DNA of 32,000 bases from contig NZ_JBHSTI010000008.1 of NCBI RefSeq assembly GCF_042660085.1, forward strand, positions 1,569,876 through 1,601,875, given 5' to 3'. The stretch is from Longivirga aurantiaca. Lineage in GTDB: Bacteria > Actinomycetota > Actinomycetes > S36-B12 > CAIYMF01. Both the position numbers and the translations under genes were made by a program. The notes beneath the pieces are model-generated. The model saw nothing but the letters and a program-made list of their open reading frames with translations, did not search any database and was not told where the DNA came from. Below, in pieces: positions 24,524 to 32,000 of this stretch; the first letter of the stretch is position 1; each line of letters starts with the position of its first letter.

Positions 24524-25519
24524 TCAGACGGGCAGCGCGTCGACCGCGTACGACGCGGAGCCCGTGTCGCCGTCGATCCCGGTGACCACCTCGAGCACGA
24601 GCACGAGGCGCGCGCCGGCGGCGCCGCCCAGCTCGGCCGCGACGTCCGCCGGAAGGTCCGCTGCGTAGACCGTCGGCCCGTAGTCGTCGGTGCAGGCCGT
24701 GGCGGGCGGCACGGTGGCGTCGACGTCGACCACCGCGGTCACGACCGCCGGCTGCCGGCCGGTCGCAAGCGTCGTGCCGACGATGCGCAACGAGGTGGGG
24801 ACGTCGGGGCACGATCCCGAGCCCCAGAGCCCGAGGTAGACCTGGGAGCCGCCGGCGGCGGTCACCACCATGGCCTGGGCGTTGCCCTGACCGGGCTGGG
24901 GGAAATCCGCGGGGAACGAGGCGCCGGCCGGAGGGTCGGCCACGGCCCAGGTCGAGGACGCATCCGGCGCCGGGAGGTCCTCGGAGGCCGTGGCGAACGT
25001 GACCGAGTAGCCGTGCTCGTCGTCGGCGGCGTTCTCGATCTGGTCGATCCAGATGCGCAGCGGCACCCCCCGCCGGTCGTACGTCACCGTGCTCGACGCG
25101 GCGTCGGCACTCCCGGCCACGACCCCGTGCAGGTCCTCGACCGTGCGCGGGAAGCCCTCGAGCAGCGTGGGCGCGACCGCGCCGCCGGAGTTGTCGGTGC
25201 TGGTGGCGGTCTCCTCGACCACCTTCCCGTCCTTGACGACCACGGTGAGGGAGATGCCCGGGCAGAAGCACTGCTGGACGATCGTCAGCTGGTACTCCCC
25301 CGTGCTGGCGGGCGAGGAGGACCAGGCGGCCCGGGCCGCGTCGAGCGTGGTGACGGTCGCCGGGGCGCTGGGCACGGGCGAGGTGGGGCTGCCCGAGCCT
25401 CCTGGCCCCGCCACCTGGGTGCCGCAGCCCGCGAGCACGAGCGCCCCGGCCAGGAGCGCAGGCACGGCGGCGCGACGCAGCCCTGGTCGACGCAGTGCCG
25501 TGAGCGGTGATCGGGTCAT
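24524..25519 (-). CDS. putative lipoprotein (DUF6174-like)
   Basis: ATG 25519: MTRSPLTALRRPGLRRAAVPALLAGALVLAGCGTQVAGPGG...AARAAWSSSPASTGEYQLTIVQQCFCPGISLTVVVKDGKVVEE; lipobox LAGC. Confidence 0.8.
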   Translation of the reverse strand: MTRSPLTALRRPGLRRAAVPALLAGALVLAGCGTQVAGPGGSGSPTSPVPSAPATVTTLDAARAAWSSSPASTGEYQLTIVQQCFCPGISLTVVVKDGKVVEETATSTDNSGGAVAPTLLEGFPRTVEDLHGVVAGSADAASSTVTYDRRGVPLRIWIDQIENAADDEHGYSVTFATASEDLPAPDASSTWAVADPPAGASFPADFPQPGQGNAQAMVVTAAGGSQVYLGLWGSGSCPDVPTSLRIVGTTLATGRQPAVVTAVVDVDATVPPATACTDDYGPTVYAADLPADVAAELGGAAGARLVLVLEVVTGIDGDTGSASYAVDALPV

Positions 25520-25596
25520 GGCTGGTCCTCCACGTGATCCGCAGGGCACGGGGCCCGTCAGCGCTGTGACGCCGCTCACGGGAGCGCGGTTCCGTC

Positions 25597-28347
25597 TCAG
25601 ACCGAGGAGAACGAGACCACGCCGCGCTTGACCGCGTCCACGGCCTCGCGGGCGGTGCGTGCGAGGTGGTTGCCGTCGGGGGTGTTGTGCGACCCTGCGG
25701 CGTCGGCGATCTGCCCCAGGAGGTCGGCGAGCTGCTTGCACCACCGCACGAAGTCGCCCGCCTGCAGCTCGGTGTCGCGCAGCACCGACTCGAGCCGGTG
25801 CCCGCTCGCCCAGCGGTACGCCGCCCAGGCGAAGCCCAGGTCGGGCTCGCGCAGGAACTGCACGTGCTCCTCCGCCTCGAGCTTGCTCAGCTCGCTCCAG
25901 AGCTTCACCGTCTCGGCGATGACGTCGCGGGCCGCGCCCTCAGGCAGCCTCGGCGGGATGGCGTCGTCCGGCTGGCGCGCCTCGAACACCAGCACCGACG
26001 CGCACGCGGCGAGCTCGGCGGCGGTGAGGCCGTTCCACAGGCCCTGCCGCAGGCACTCGGCGGCCACCAGGTCCATGTCGTTATAGAGGCGCTGGAGCAT
26101 CCGCCCGGCGTCGGTCACCTGGGCCGTGTCGTCGGCCGCAGTGAGGTAGCCGAGCTCGGTGAGGATCGCGCAGACCCGGTCGAACTGCCGCGCGATCGAG
26201 TTGGTGCGGCTCTCAACCCGGCGCTCGAGGCCGCGCGTCTCGCGCAGCAGCCGGTGGTAGCGCTCGGCCCACCGCGCGTGCGCCTCGCGCTCGTCGCACC
26301 CGTGGCACGGGTGCTGCCGGATCTGCCGGCGGAGCTCGAGCACCTGCGAGTCCTCGCCCTGGTCGCCCTTGGGCTTGCGCGGCTTGTCCACCCGGATGTC
26401 GCCGACGAGGTCCTTGAGCTTGGCGGCGAGGTCGCGGCGCGAGTTGGCCGACCGCGGGTTGAAGAGCTTGGGGATGCGCATGCTCTCCAGGGGCTCGACG
26501 GGCGCAGGGAAGTCCAGCACCGAGAGCCGCTTCACCTGCCGGTCGAGGGTGAGCACGGTGGGTCGCGGCTCGTCCTTGTCGGTGAGGCCCGGGTCGAGCA
26601 CGACCGCCACACCGGAGCGTCGCCCGGCCGGCACCATGATCACGTCGCCGGGCTTGAGCCTGGCCAGCGCAGCCCCCGCCGCGGCACGTCGACGCACGGC
26701 GCCGTCGCGCGTCAGCTCCTTCTCGCGGTCGGTGAGCCGGCGGCGCAGCTCGGCGTACTCCGCGAAGTCGCCGAGATGGCACTCCATCGCGTCGTGGTAG
26801 CCGTCGAGCGCCTCCTCCTGCTTGCGCACCTGCTTGGCGAGCCCGACGACCGCGCGGTCGGCCTGGAACTGCGCGAACGACGTCTCGAGCAGCTCGCGCG
26901 CAGCGTGGTGGCCGAAGGATCCGACGAGGTTGACGGCCATGTTGTACGACGGCTTGAACGACGAGCGCAGAGGGTAGGTGCGCGTCGAGGCCAGACCGGC
27001 GAGGGCGCTCGGGTCGAAACCCTGGTGCCACACGACGACGGCGTTGCCCTCGACGTCGATGCCACGACGACCGGCGCGGCCGGTGAGCTGGGTGTACTCC
27101 CCCGGCGTCACGTCGGCGTGCGTCTCGCCGTTCCACTTCACGAGCTTCTCGAGCACCACGCTCTTGGCGGGCATGTTGATGCCGAGGGCGAGGGTCTCGG
27201 TCGCGAAGACCATCTTCACGAGCCCCTTCTGGAAGAGGTCCTCGACCGTCTCCTTGAAGGTGGGCAGCATGCCCGCGTGGTGGGCGGCGAAGCCGCGCTC
27301 GAGCCCGTCGAGCCACTCGAGGTAGCCCAGCACCATGAGGTCTTCCTGCGGGAGGTCGGCGCAGCGGTGCTCGACGATGCCGCGGATCTGCAGGCGCTCG
27401 TCGTTGCTGGTGAGCCGCAGGCCCGCAGCGAGGCACTGCTCGACCGCGGCCGCGCAGCCGACCCGGCTGAAGATGAACGTGATCGCCGGCAGCAGCCGCT
27501 CCCGGTTGAGGCGCTCCACCATCTCGGGCCGGAGCGGCATCAGCGCGCTGCGGTTGCGCTTGCCGCCGCGACCCGGACGACCCGCGGATCCGTCCCGGGC
27601 CATCTTCTGCACCCGCTCGTCCTCGCGGGCCATGCGCACGAGCTCGGGGTTGACCCGCGTCTGGTCGTCGTCGACGAAGAGGTCGTAGAGCCGGTCGCCC
27701 GCCATGACGTGCTGCCAGAGCGGCACGGGCCGGTGCTCCTCCACCACGATCTGCGTCTCGCCGCGGACGGTGGACAGCCACTCTCCGAACTCCTCGGCGT
27801 TGCTCACGGTCGCCGAGAGAGCGACCACCGCCACGTGCTCGGGCAGGTGGATGATCACCTCCTCCCAGACCGCGCCGCGGAAGCGGTCGGCGAGGTAGTG
27901 CACCTCATCCATCACCACGTACGACAGGCCGCCGAGGGTGTGCGAGCCGGCGTAGATCATGTTGCGGAGGACCTCGGTCGTCATGACGACGACAGGTGCC
28001 TCTCCGTTGACCGAGTTGTCCCCGGTGAGCAGCCCGACCTTGGCGGCGCCGTACCGCGCGACGAGGTCGTGGTACTTCTGGTTCGACAGGGCCTTGATCG
28101 GGGCCGTGTAGAAGCACTTGGTGCCCGAGCGCAGGGCCAGGTGGACGGCGAACTCGCCGACGATGGTCTTGCCGGCGCCGGTCGGCGCGGCCACGAGGAC
28201 CCCTGACCCGTCCTCGAGCGCCCGGCAGGCGTCGATCTGGAACTGGTCGAGCTCGAAGTCGTAGAGGCCCCGGAACTCGTGCAGAGCGGACTTCTCGTCC
28301 TCCGCCCGCTGGCGGGAGGCGACGTAGCGCTCGGCGGGCGAGTCCAT
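25597..28347 (-). CDS. helY: DEAD/DEAH box RNA helicase (Ski2/Mtr4-like, HelY)
   Basis: VAAPTGAGKTIVGEFAVH...YTAPIKALSNQKYHDL...LLTGDNSVNGEAPVVVMTTEVLRNMIY...VMDEVHYLADRFRG...FATETLALGINMPAKSVVLEKLVKWNGE...QLTGRAGRRGIDVEGNAVV; next to tatC/tatA/pafC. Confidence 0.93.
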   Translation of the reverse strand: MDSPAERYVASRQRAEDEKSALHEFRGLYDFELDQFQIDACRALEDGSGVLVAAPTGAGKTIVGEFAVHLALRSGTKCFYTAPIKALSNQKYHDLVARYGAAKVGLLTGDNSVNGEAPVVVMTTEVLRNMIYAGSHTLGGLSYVVMDEVHYLADRFRGAVWEEVIIHLPEHVAVVALSATVSNAEEFGEWLSTVRGETQIVVEEHRPVPLWQHVMAGDRLYDLFVDDDQTRVNPELVRMAREDERVQKMARDGSAGRPGRGGKRNRSALMPLRPEMVERLNRERLLPAITFIFSRVGCAAAVEQCLAAGLRLTSNDERLQIRGIVEHRCADLPQEDLMVLGYLEWLDGLERGFAAHHAGMLPTFKETVEDLFQKGLVKMVFATETLALGINMPAKSVVLEKLVKWNGETHADVTPGEYTQLTGRAGRRGIDVEGNAVVVWHQGFDPSALAGLASTRTYPLRSSFKPSYNMAVNLVGSFGHHAARELLETSFAQFQADRAVVGLAKQVRKQEEALDGYHDAMECHLGDFAEYAELRRRLTDREKELTRDGAVRRRAAAGAALARLKPGDVIMVPAGRRSGVAVVLDPGLTDKDEPRPTVLTLDRQVKRLSVLDFPAPVEPLESMRIPKLFNPRSANSRRDLAAKLKDLVGDIRVDKPRKPKGDQGEDSQVLELRRQIRQHPCHGCDEREAHARWAERYHRLLRETRGLERRVESRTNSIARQFDRVCAILTELGYLTAADDTAQVTDAGRMLQRLYNDMDLVAAECLRQGLWNGLTAAELAACASVLVFEARQPDDAIPPRLPEGAARDVIAETVKLWSELSKLEAEEHVQFLREPDLGFAWAAYRWASGHRLESVLRDTELQAGDFVRWCKQLADLLGQIADAAGSHNTPDGNHLARTAREAVDAVKRGVVSFSSV

Positions 28348-28398
28348 ACCGCAAACCTATGTCGTGCCGGGCCGGAACGCGGTTCGGCGCTCCGCCCG

Positions 28399-29316
28399 TC
28401 AGCGCACGAGGAGGGCGACCGCCCCCGGCGCGACGCCCACCTCGACCGGCAGCGGACCGATGCGCTCGCCGTCGGCGTACGCCACCTGCCCCGGCGCCTC
28501 GAGCCGCACGGTCACGCCGGTGTGCTCGTGCACCTCGGGCCGGGACACGTGGGTGCCCTTGTAGACCGTCGGGAACACCCGCAGGAACGTGGCCGTGGGG
28601 AGCTCGTCGAGGAAGGTCACCGAGAGCAGGCCGTCGTCCGGGAGCGCGCCGGGGCACACCTTCATCCCGCCGCCGTACTGCGTCCCGTTGCCGACGGCGA
28701 CGAGCATGCCCTTGCCCTCGTACCGGTGCTCGCCGGGCAGGCCCTCGTCGACCACCATGACGTACGGCACGGGCTTGAACGACCGGAGCTCGGCCAGGAT
28801 CGCGCGCAGGTAGCGGGCCTGCCCGGTGGGCCAGGTCATGCGGTTGGCGCGCTCGTTGACCATCGAGTCGAACCCGCTCGAGAGCACCGCGAGGAACCAG
28901 CGGTCCACGCCGTCGGCCGTGATCGCCCGCCCCGCGTCCACCGCCCGGGAGGTGCCCGCCTGCAGGCAGTCGGCCACGAGGTCGGCCGCCGCGACCGGAT
29001 CGGTCGGGACGCCGAAGAGCGTGGCCGAGTCGTTGCCGGTGCCCAAGGGGAGGATGCCCATCGGCACCCCGGTGCCTGCGACCACCTGCAGCACGAGGTG
29101 CACGGTGCCGTCTCCCCCGCACGCCACGACAGCCGCCGTGGGCTCGGCCTCGATGGCCTCGCGGAGGCTGCTCATCGCGTGCTCGGCATCCACGCCCTGG
29201 ATGTGCACCACCTCGAAGCCGCGATCGCGGAGCCTCGCCTCCGCGGCGGGCGCACCCGAGGACGCCCGCCCCTTGCCCGAGGTCGGGTTGACGAGCATCA
29301 GGATGCGTGGGGCCAC
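28399..29316 (-). CDS. diacylglycerol/lipid kinase family protein (YegS/DagK-like)
   Basis: VAPRILMLVNPTSGKGRA...AAVVACGGDGTVHLVLQVVAGTGVPMGILPLGTGNDSATLFGVPTDP; GTG start 29316. Confidence 0.9.
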   Translation of the reverse strand: MAPRILMLVNPTSGKGRASSGAPAAEARLRDRGFEVVHIQGVDAEHAMSSLREAIEAEPTAAVVACGGDGTVHLVLQVVAGTGVPMGILPLGTGNDSATLFGVPTDPVAAADLVADCLQAGTSRAVDAGRAITADGVDRWFLAVLSSGFDSMVNERANRMTWPTGQARYLRAILAELRSFKPVPYVMVVDEGLPGEHRYEGKGMLVAVGNGTQYGGGMKVCPGALPDDGLLSVTFLDELPTATFLRVFPTVYKGTHVSRPEVHEHTGVTVRLEAPGQVAYADGERIGPLPVEVGVAPGAVALLVR

Positions 29317-29371
29317 GGCGCCGGACTCTATCCCGGCCGCGTCCCCGCGCACAGGCTCGCCGGAGGCGGCC

Positions 29372-30295
29372 CTACAGCAGGTCGTCGTCGAGCGGGCTGG
29401 GCCGCAGGTCGGAGGGATCGACGACGGGCTCCTCGAGGGCCGAGACCTCGTCATCGGCCCACTCGCCGAGGCCGAGGCGCTTGTCGCGACGGCGGCGGCG
29501 CAGGTCGTTGAGCGCGGTGATGCCCACGGCGACGATCACGACGCCGAGGAAGGGCGTCGCGACGAGCAGCATGGTGATCGGGTCGGGCGTGGGGGTCGCG
29601 ACGGCGGCGAAGGTGAGGCAGCCGATCAGCAGCCAGCGCCAGTTGCGCACGAGCGTGCCCGAGCGCAGCAGGCCGGCGAAGTTGAGCATCACGAAGATCA
29701 GCGGGATCAGCATCCCGATCCCGAAGAACACCAGGATCTGGATGATGAACGTGAGGTACTCGTTGATGTTGATGATGTTCGCGACGTTCTCGGGCGTGAA
29801 GCCCAGGAACACCTCGAGCAGCTGGGTCATCGACTGGTACGCCACCCAGGCGCCGAAGAGGAAGAGCGGGGTCGCGGCGGCGACGAAGCCGTACGCCCAC
29901 TTCTTCTCGTTGCCCTTCAGGCCTGGCGCGAGGAACCGCCAGAGCTGGTAGAGCCAGATCGGCAGGGACAGCACGAGGCCGGACACCATGACGATCTTGA
30001 GCTGGACGGTGAAGGCCTCGGTGACGCCGTTGATCGCGAGGACCACGGTCTTGCCCTGCGCCTCGGCCGACTGGACGACGAGGTCGAAGGGCGCCCGCAC
30101 GATGTCGAGGATCTGGTCGTAGAAGATCCACGCCACGATCGACCCGGCGATGATGCCGAGGACTGCCCGGAACAGCCGGGCCTGGAACTCGCGCAGGTGC
30201 TCGAAGAGGGTCATCGCCCCCTCGGGGTTGCGCGTGCGGCGACGCCGACGCCCGGTGCCGGAGCCCGCTTCCGGGCTCACCTCACCTGCGACCAC
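29372..30295 (-). CDS. tatC: Sec-independent protein translocase TatC
   Basis: NPEGAMTLFEHLREFQARLFRAVLGIIAGSIVAWIFYDQI...LPIWLYQLWRFLAPGLKGNEKKWAYGFVAAATPLFLFGAWVAYQ. Confidence 0.95.
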   Translation of the reverse strand: MVAGEVSPEAGSGTGRRRRRTRNPEGAMTLFEHLREFQARLFRAVLGIIAGSIVAWIFYDQILDIVRAPFDLVVQSAEAQGKTVVLAINGVTEAFTVQLKIVMVSGLVLSLPIWLYQLWRFLAPGLKGNEKKWAYGFVAAATPLFLFGAWVAYQSMTQLLEVFLGFTPENVANIININEYLTFIIQILVFFGIGMLIPLIFVMLNFAGLLRSGTLVRNWRWLLIGCLTFAAVATPTPDPITMLLVATPFLGVVIVAVGITALNDLRRRRRDKRLGLGEWADDEVSALEEPVVDPSDLRPSPLDDDLL

Positions 30296-30323
30296 GACGT
30301 CCTGCTCGGCCGGGCTGCGCGCG

Positions 30324-30668
30324 TCAGGCGCGCGGGGCGCCGTCAGCCGGCGGGGTCACCGGCTGCGCGAGGATCTGCTCGCCCGTGACCGGGTCGACCA
30401 GGTAGCGGGGCGCCTCGGGCTGGGCGGGAGCGGCCGGCACGGCGGGTGCGGCGGGTGCGGGCGGTGCGGCCTGGACGGCCGGCGCTGCCGGGGCGATGTC
30501 GTCGTCGGCACCGGACTTGAAATCGTTCTTGAGGCCGTCGGTCTCGGCCTTGAAGATGCGCAGCGAGCGTCCGACGCCGCGCGCGAGGTCGGGCAGGCGC
30601 TTGGCACCGAACAGCAGCAGGACGATCAGGAGGACGATCCAGAACGCCGGCTTCTCGAAGATCGCCAC
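30324..30668 (-). CDS. tatA: Sec-independent protein translocase TatA
   Basis: [35 protein letters not shown]; followed by Ala/Pro-rich tail. Confidence 0.92.
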   Translation of the reverse strand: MAIFEKPAFWIVLLIVLLLFGAKRLPDLARGVGRSLRIFKAETDGLKNDFKSGADDDIAPAAPAVQAAPPAPAAPAVPAAPAQPEAPRYLVDPVTGEQILAQPVTPPADGAPRA

Positions 30669-30693
30669 GACACAGCCTCACTCGTTGCGGGGA

Positions 30694-30714
30694 CGCACCG
30701 GACGACCCGGTGCG
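30694..30714. other. hairpin CGCACCGG-ACGAC-CCGGTGCG between tatA and the zinc-ribbon gene
   Basis: 8-bp perfect arms, 5-nt loop. Confidence 0.45.
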
Positions 30715-30735
30715 GGCGGACCCACGATAACCCGA

Positions 30736-30772
30736 GCGCCCGCTCCGGGCCGAGCAGGCCTGGGGCGGGCGC
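30736..30772 (-). terminator. candidate nested hairpin terminator downstream of the zinc-ribbon gene
   Basis: GCGCCCGC (30736..30743) / GCGGGCGC (30765..30772) with inner GGCC/GGCC pairing. Confidence 0.4.
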
Positions 30773-30811
30773 AGGGAGTGTCCCGGGAGCTCTCACGCGG
30801 AGAGCGGTGCC

Positions 30812-31156
30812 TCAGGAGGCGGTACGGGCGGTGAGCTCGGCCATGAGGTCGTCGGTGGTCTCGAGCCAGAGCGCCAGGTCGAGCAGGTCGTCGTACCCGA
30901 TCGGGGCGCCGCCGTGGTGCTCGCGGGCCTCGGCCGGCACCGGCACGCGCTCGATCTCGACGCCGGCGGTCGACAGCAGCCGCACGACCTCGGCGTCCGC
31001 GGCCTTCTCGACGTCCTCGTGGCACTGGGGGCAGCCGAACGTGTAGGTGCGGCGGCTCAGGTCGTCCTCGATCGCCTCGACGACGCGGACGTGCACCTGG
31101 CGCGGGGTGAGGTCGACGTCACCGCACATCGGACAGGTCGCCTTGATGGTGGCCAT
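30812..31156 (-). CDS. zinc-ribbon-like hypothetical protein
   Basis: MATIKATCPMCGDVDLTPRQVHVRVVEAIEDDLSRRTYTFGCPQCHEDVEKAADAEVVRLLSTAGV; CxxC...CxxC pairs. Confidence 0.8.
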   Translation of the reverse strand: MATIKATCPMCGDVDLTPRQVHVRVVEAIEDDLSRRTYTFGCPQCHEDVEKAADAEVVRLLSTAGVEIERVPVPAEAREHHGGAPIGYDDLLDLALWLETTDDLMAELTARTAS

Positions 31157-31276
31157 CGGAGCCTCCTCCCGGTCTCTCAGCCCTCGGGTGTGGCTGACAG
31201 ATCTGGATTCGGCACGCTGACCGGGCAGGCTTGAGCCCGAACGGGGAGATTTCCGCGCGCGGCGGCTACGAACGGG

Positions 31277-32000
31277 TCACGCCCGGTAGGCGGCGAGCGC
31301 CTCCGCGGCCTCCGCGCGCACCCGCTCGACCACGTCCGGGCGGTCCACCACCTGCACGGAGGGCCCCGAACGGAGCAGCAGGCGCACGAGCCAGCGCTCG
31401 TCGGCCACGGGGAGCACGACCTGGAGCCGGCCGTCGGCGAGCTCCTGCACGGAGTCCACGGGGAACTCCTCGGCGATCCAGCGCACGCTGCGGTCGAGCA
31501 CGAGGGTGACCGATCCGCCCTGGGGGCGCAGCACGCCCGCGCCCAGGTCGAGGGGTACGGCGTCCGCGGGCACGTCGGCCGCGTCTCCGAGCACCTCCGC
31601 AGCCACGATCCGGTCGAGCCGGAACGTGCGCATGGCCTCCGCGCGGTGGCACCAGCCCTCGAGGTAGACCCGGCCGTCGAGCGCGACGATGCGCAGCGGG
31701 TCGACGTCGCGCTCGGTGCGGTCGTCGAGGGCCCCGACGTACGTGATGTGCAGGCGGCGGCCGTCCTCGAGCGCGGCCCGGACCGCGGCATCGACCTCGG
31801 GCGCGACCGTGGCGTCGACCTGGACGACGACGCCCTCGGCCGCGGCACTGGCCTCGCCCGCAGCGGCCTCGAGCTTGGCCTGGGCCGAGGCGATGGCGTC
31901 GCGGTCGTGCGGGCCGGGCACCGCGGCCAGGAGGCGCAGCGCCACGAGGAGCGAGGCCGCCTCGTCCGCGGAGAACCGCAGGGGGCGCCCGATGGTCTGC
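31277..32000 (-). CDS. pafC: WYL-domain transcriptional regulator (PafC-like), N-terminus outside window
   Basis: Open to window edge (QTIGRPLRFSADEAASLLVALRLLAAVPGPHDRDAIASAQAKL...); VDAAVRAALEDGRRLHITYVGALDDRTERDVDPLRIVALDGRVYLEGWCHRAEAMRTFRLDRI; adjacent to tatA/tatC as in other Actinobacteria. Confidence 0.88.
   Translation of the reverse strand, partial: QTIGRPLRFSADEAASLLVALRLLAAVPGPHDRDAIASAQAKLEAAAGEASAAAEGVVVQVDATVAPEVDAAVRAALEDGRRLHITYVGALDDRTERDVDPLRIVALDGRVYLEGWCHRAEAMRTFRLDRIVAAEVLGDAADVPADAVPLDLGAGVLRPQGGSVTLVLDRSVRWIAEEFPVDSVQELADGRLQVVLPVADERWLVRLLLRSGPSVQVVDRPDVVERVRAEAAEALAAYRA

Noticed and set aside
25666-28206. 846-aa plus-strand ORF opposite helY, and 522-aa ORF 26213..27781 in another minus frame
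   Set aside because: Shadow ORFs of the helicase gene caused by GC bias; no domain-like sequence.
1-32000. tRNA/rRNA genes, prophage, integrase or conjugation modules
   Set aside because: None recognised; the surrounding genes are ordinary chromosomal functions.

Overview
High-GC actinobacterial chromosomal segment (codon usage strongly GC3-biased; the six-frame track is full of long antisense artefacts). From left to right it carries: the 3' part of a copper type II ascorbate-dependent monooxygenase-like protein; a DHA2 MFS exporter with a perfect palindrome at its start; a VOC-like ORF without a canonical start behind an AT-rich operator cluster; ACT-domain and UMF1-family MFS genes; rbpA with a sigmaR/sigmaH-like promoter; fxsA; ppm1/lnt; a YciO/Sua5-family protein; and a lysine-fermentation-type locus. 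That locus has kamA divergent from kdd, an amidohydrolase, kamD, kamE and kal, all tightly overlapping. It is followed by an Lrp/AsnC regulator, acyl-CoA dehydrogenase, an M24 peptidase, a 5'-3' exonuclease, two lipoproteins, GNAT, helY-like helicase, diacylglycerol kinase, tatC, tatA, a zinc-ribbon protein and a partial PafC/WYL regulator. The most unusual item is a solitary Vsr-like/DUF559 nuclease ORF with an AbiEi-like N-terminus, between kamA and the Lrp regulator. It is bracketed by two same-orientation 52-nt hairpin elements (17899..17950 and 18972..19023) that are 43/52 identical. The nuclease ORF's last codons are encoded by one of these elements. This looks like a compact, possibly mobile or selfish nuclease-palindrome module. 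The second notable feature is a translationally coupled beta-lysine degradation operon that includes an uncharacterised YtcJ-like amidohydrolase and has no visible kce.
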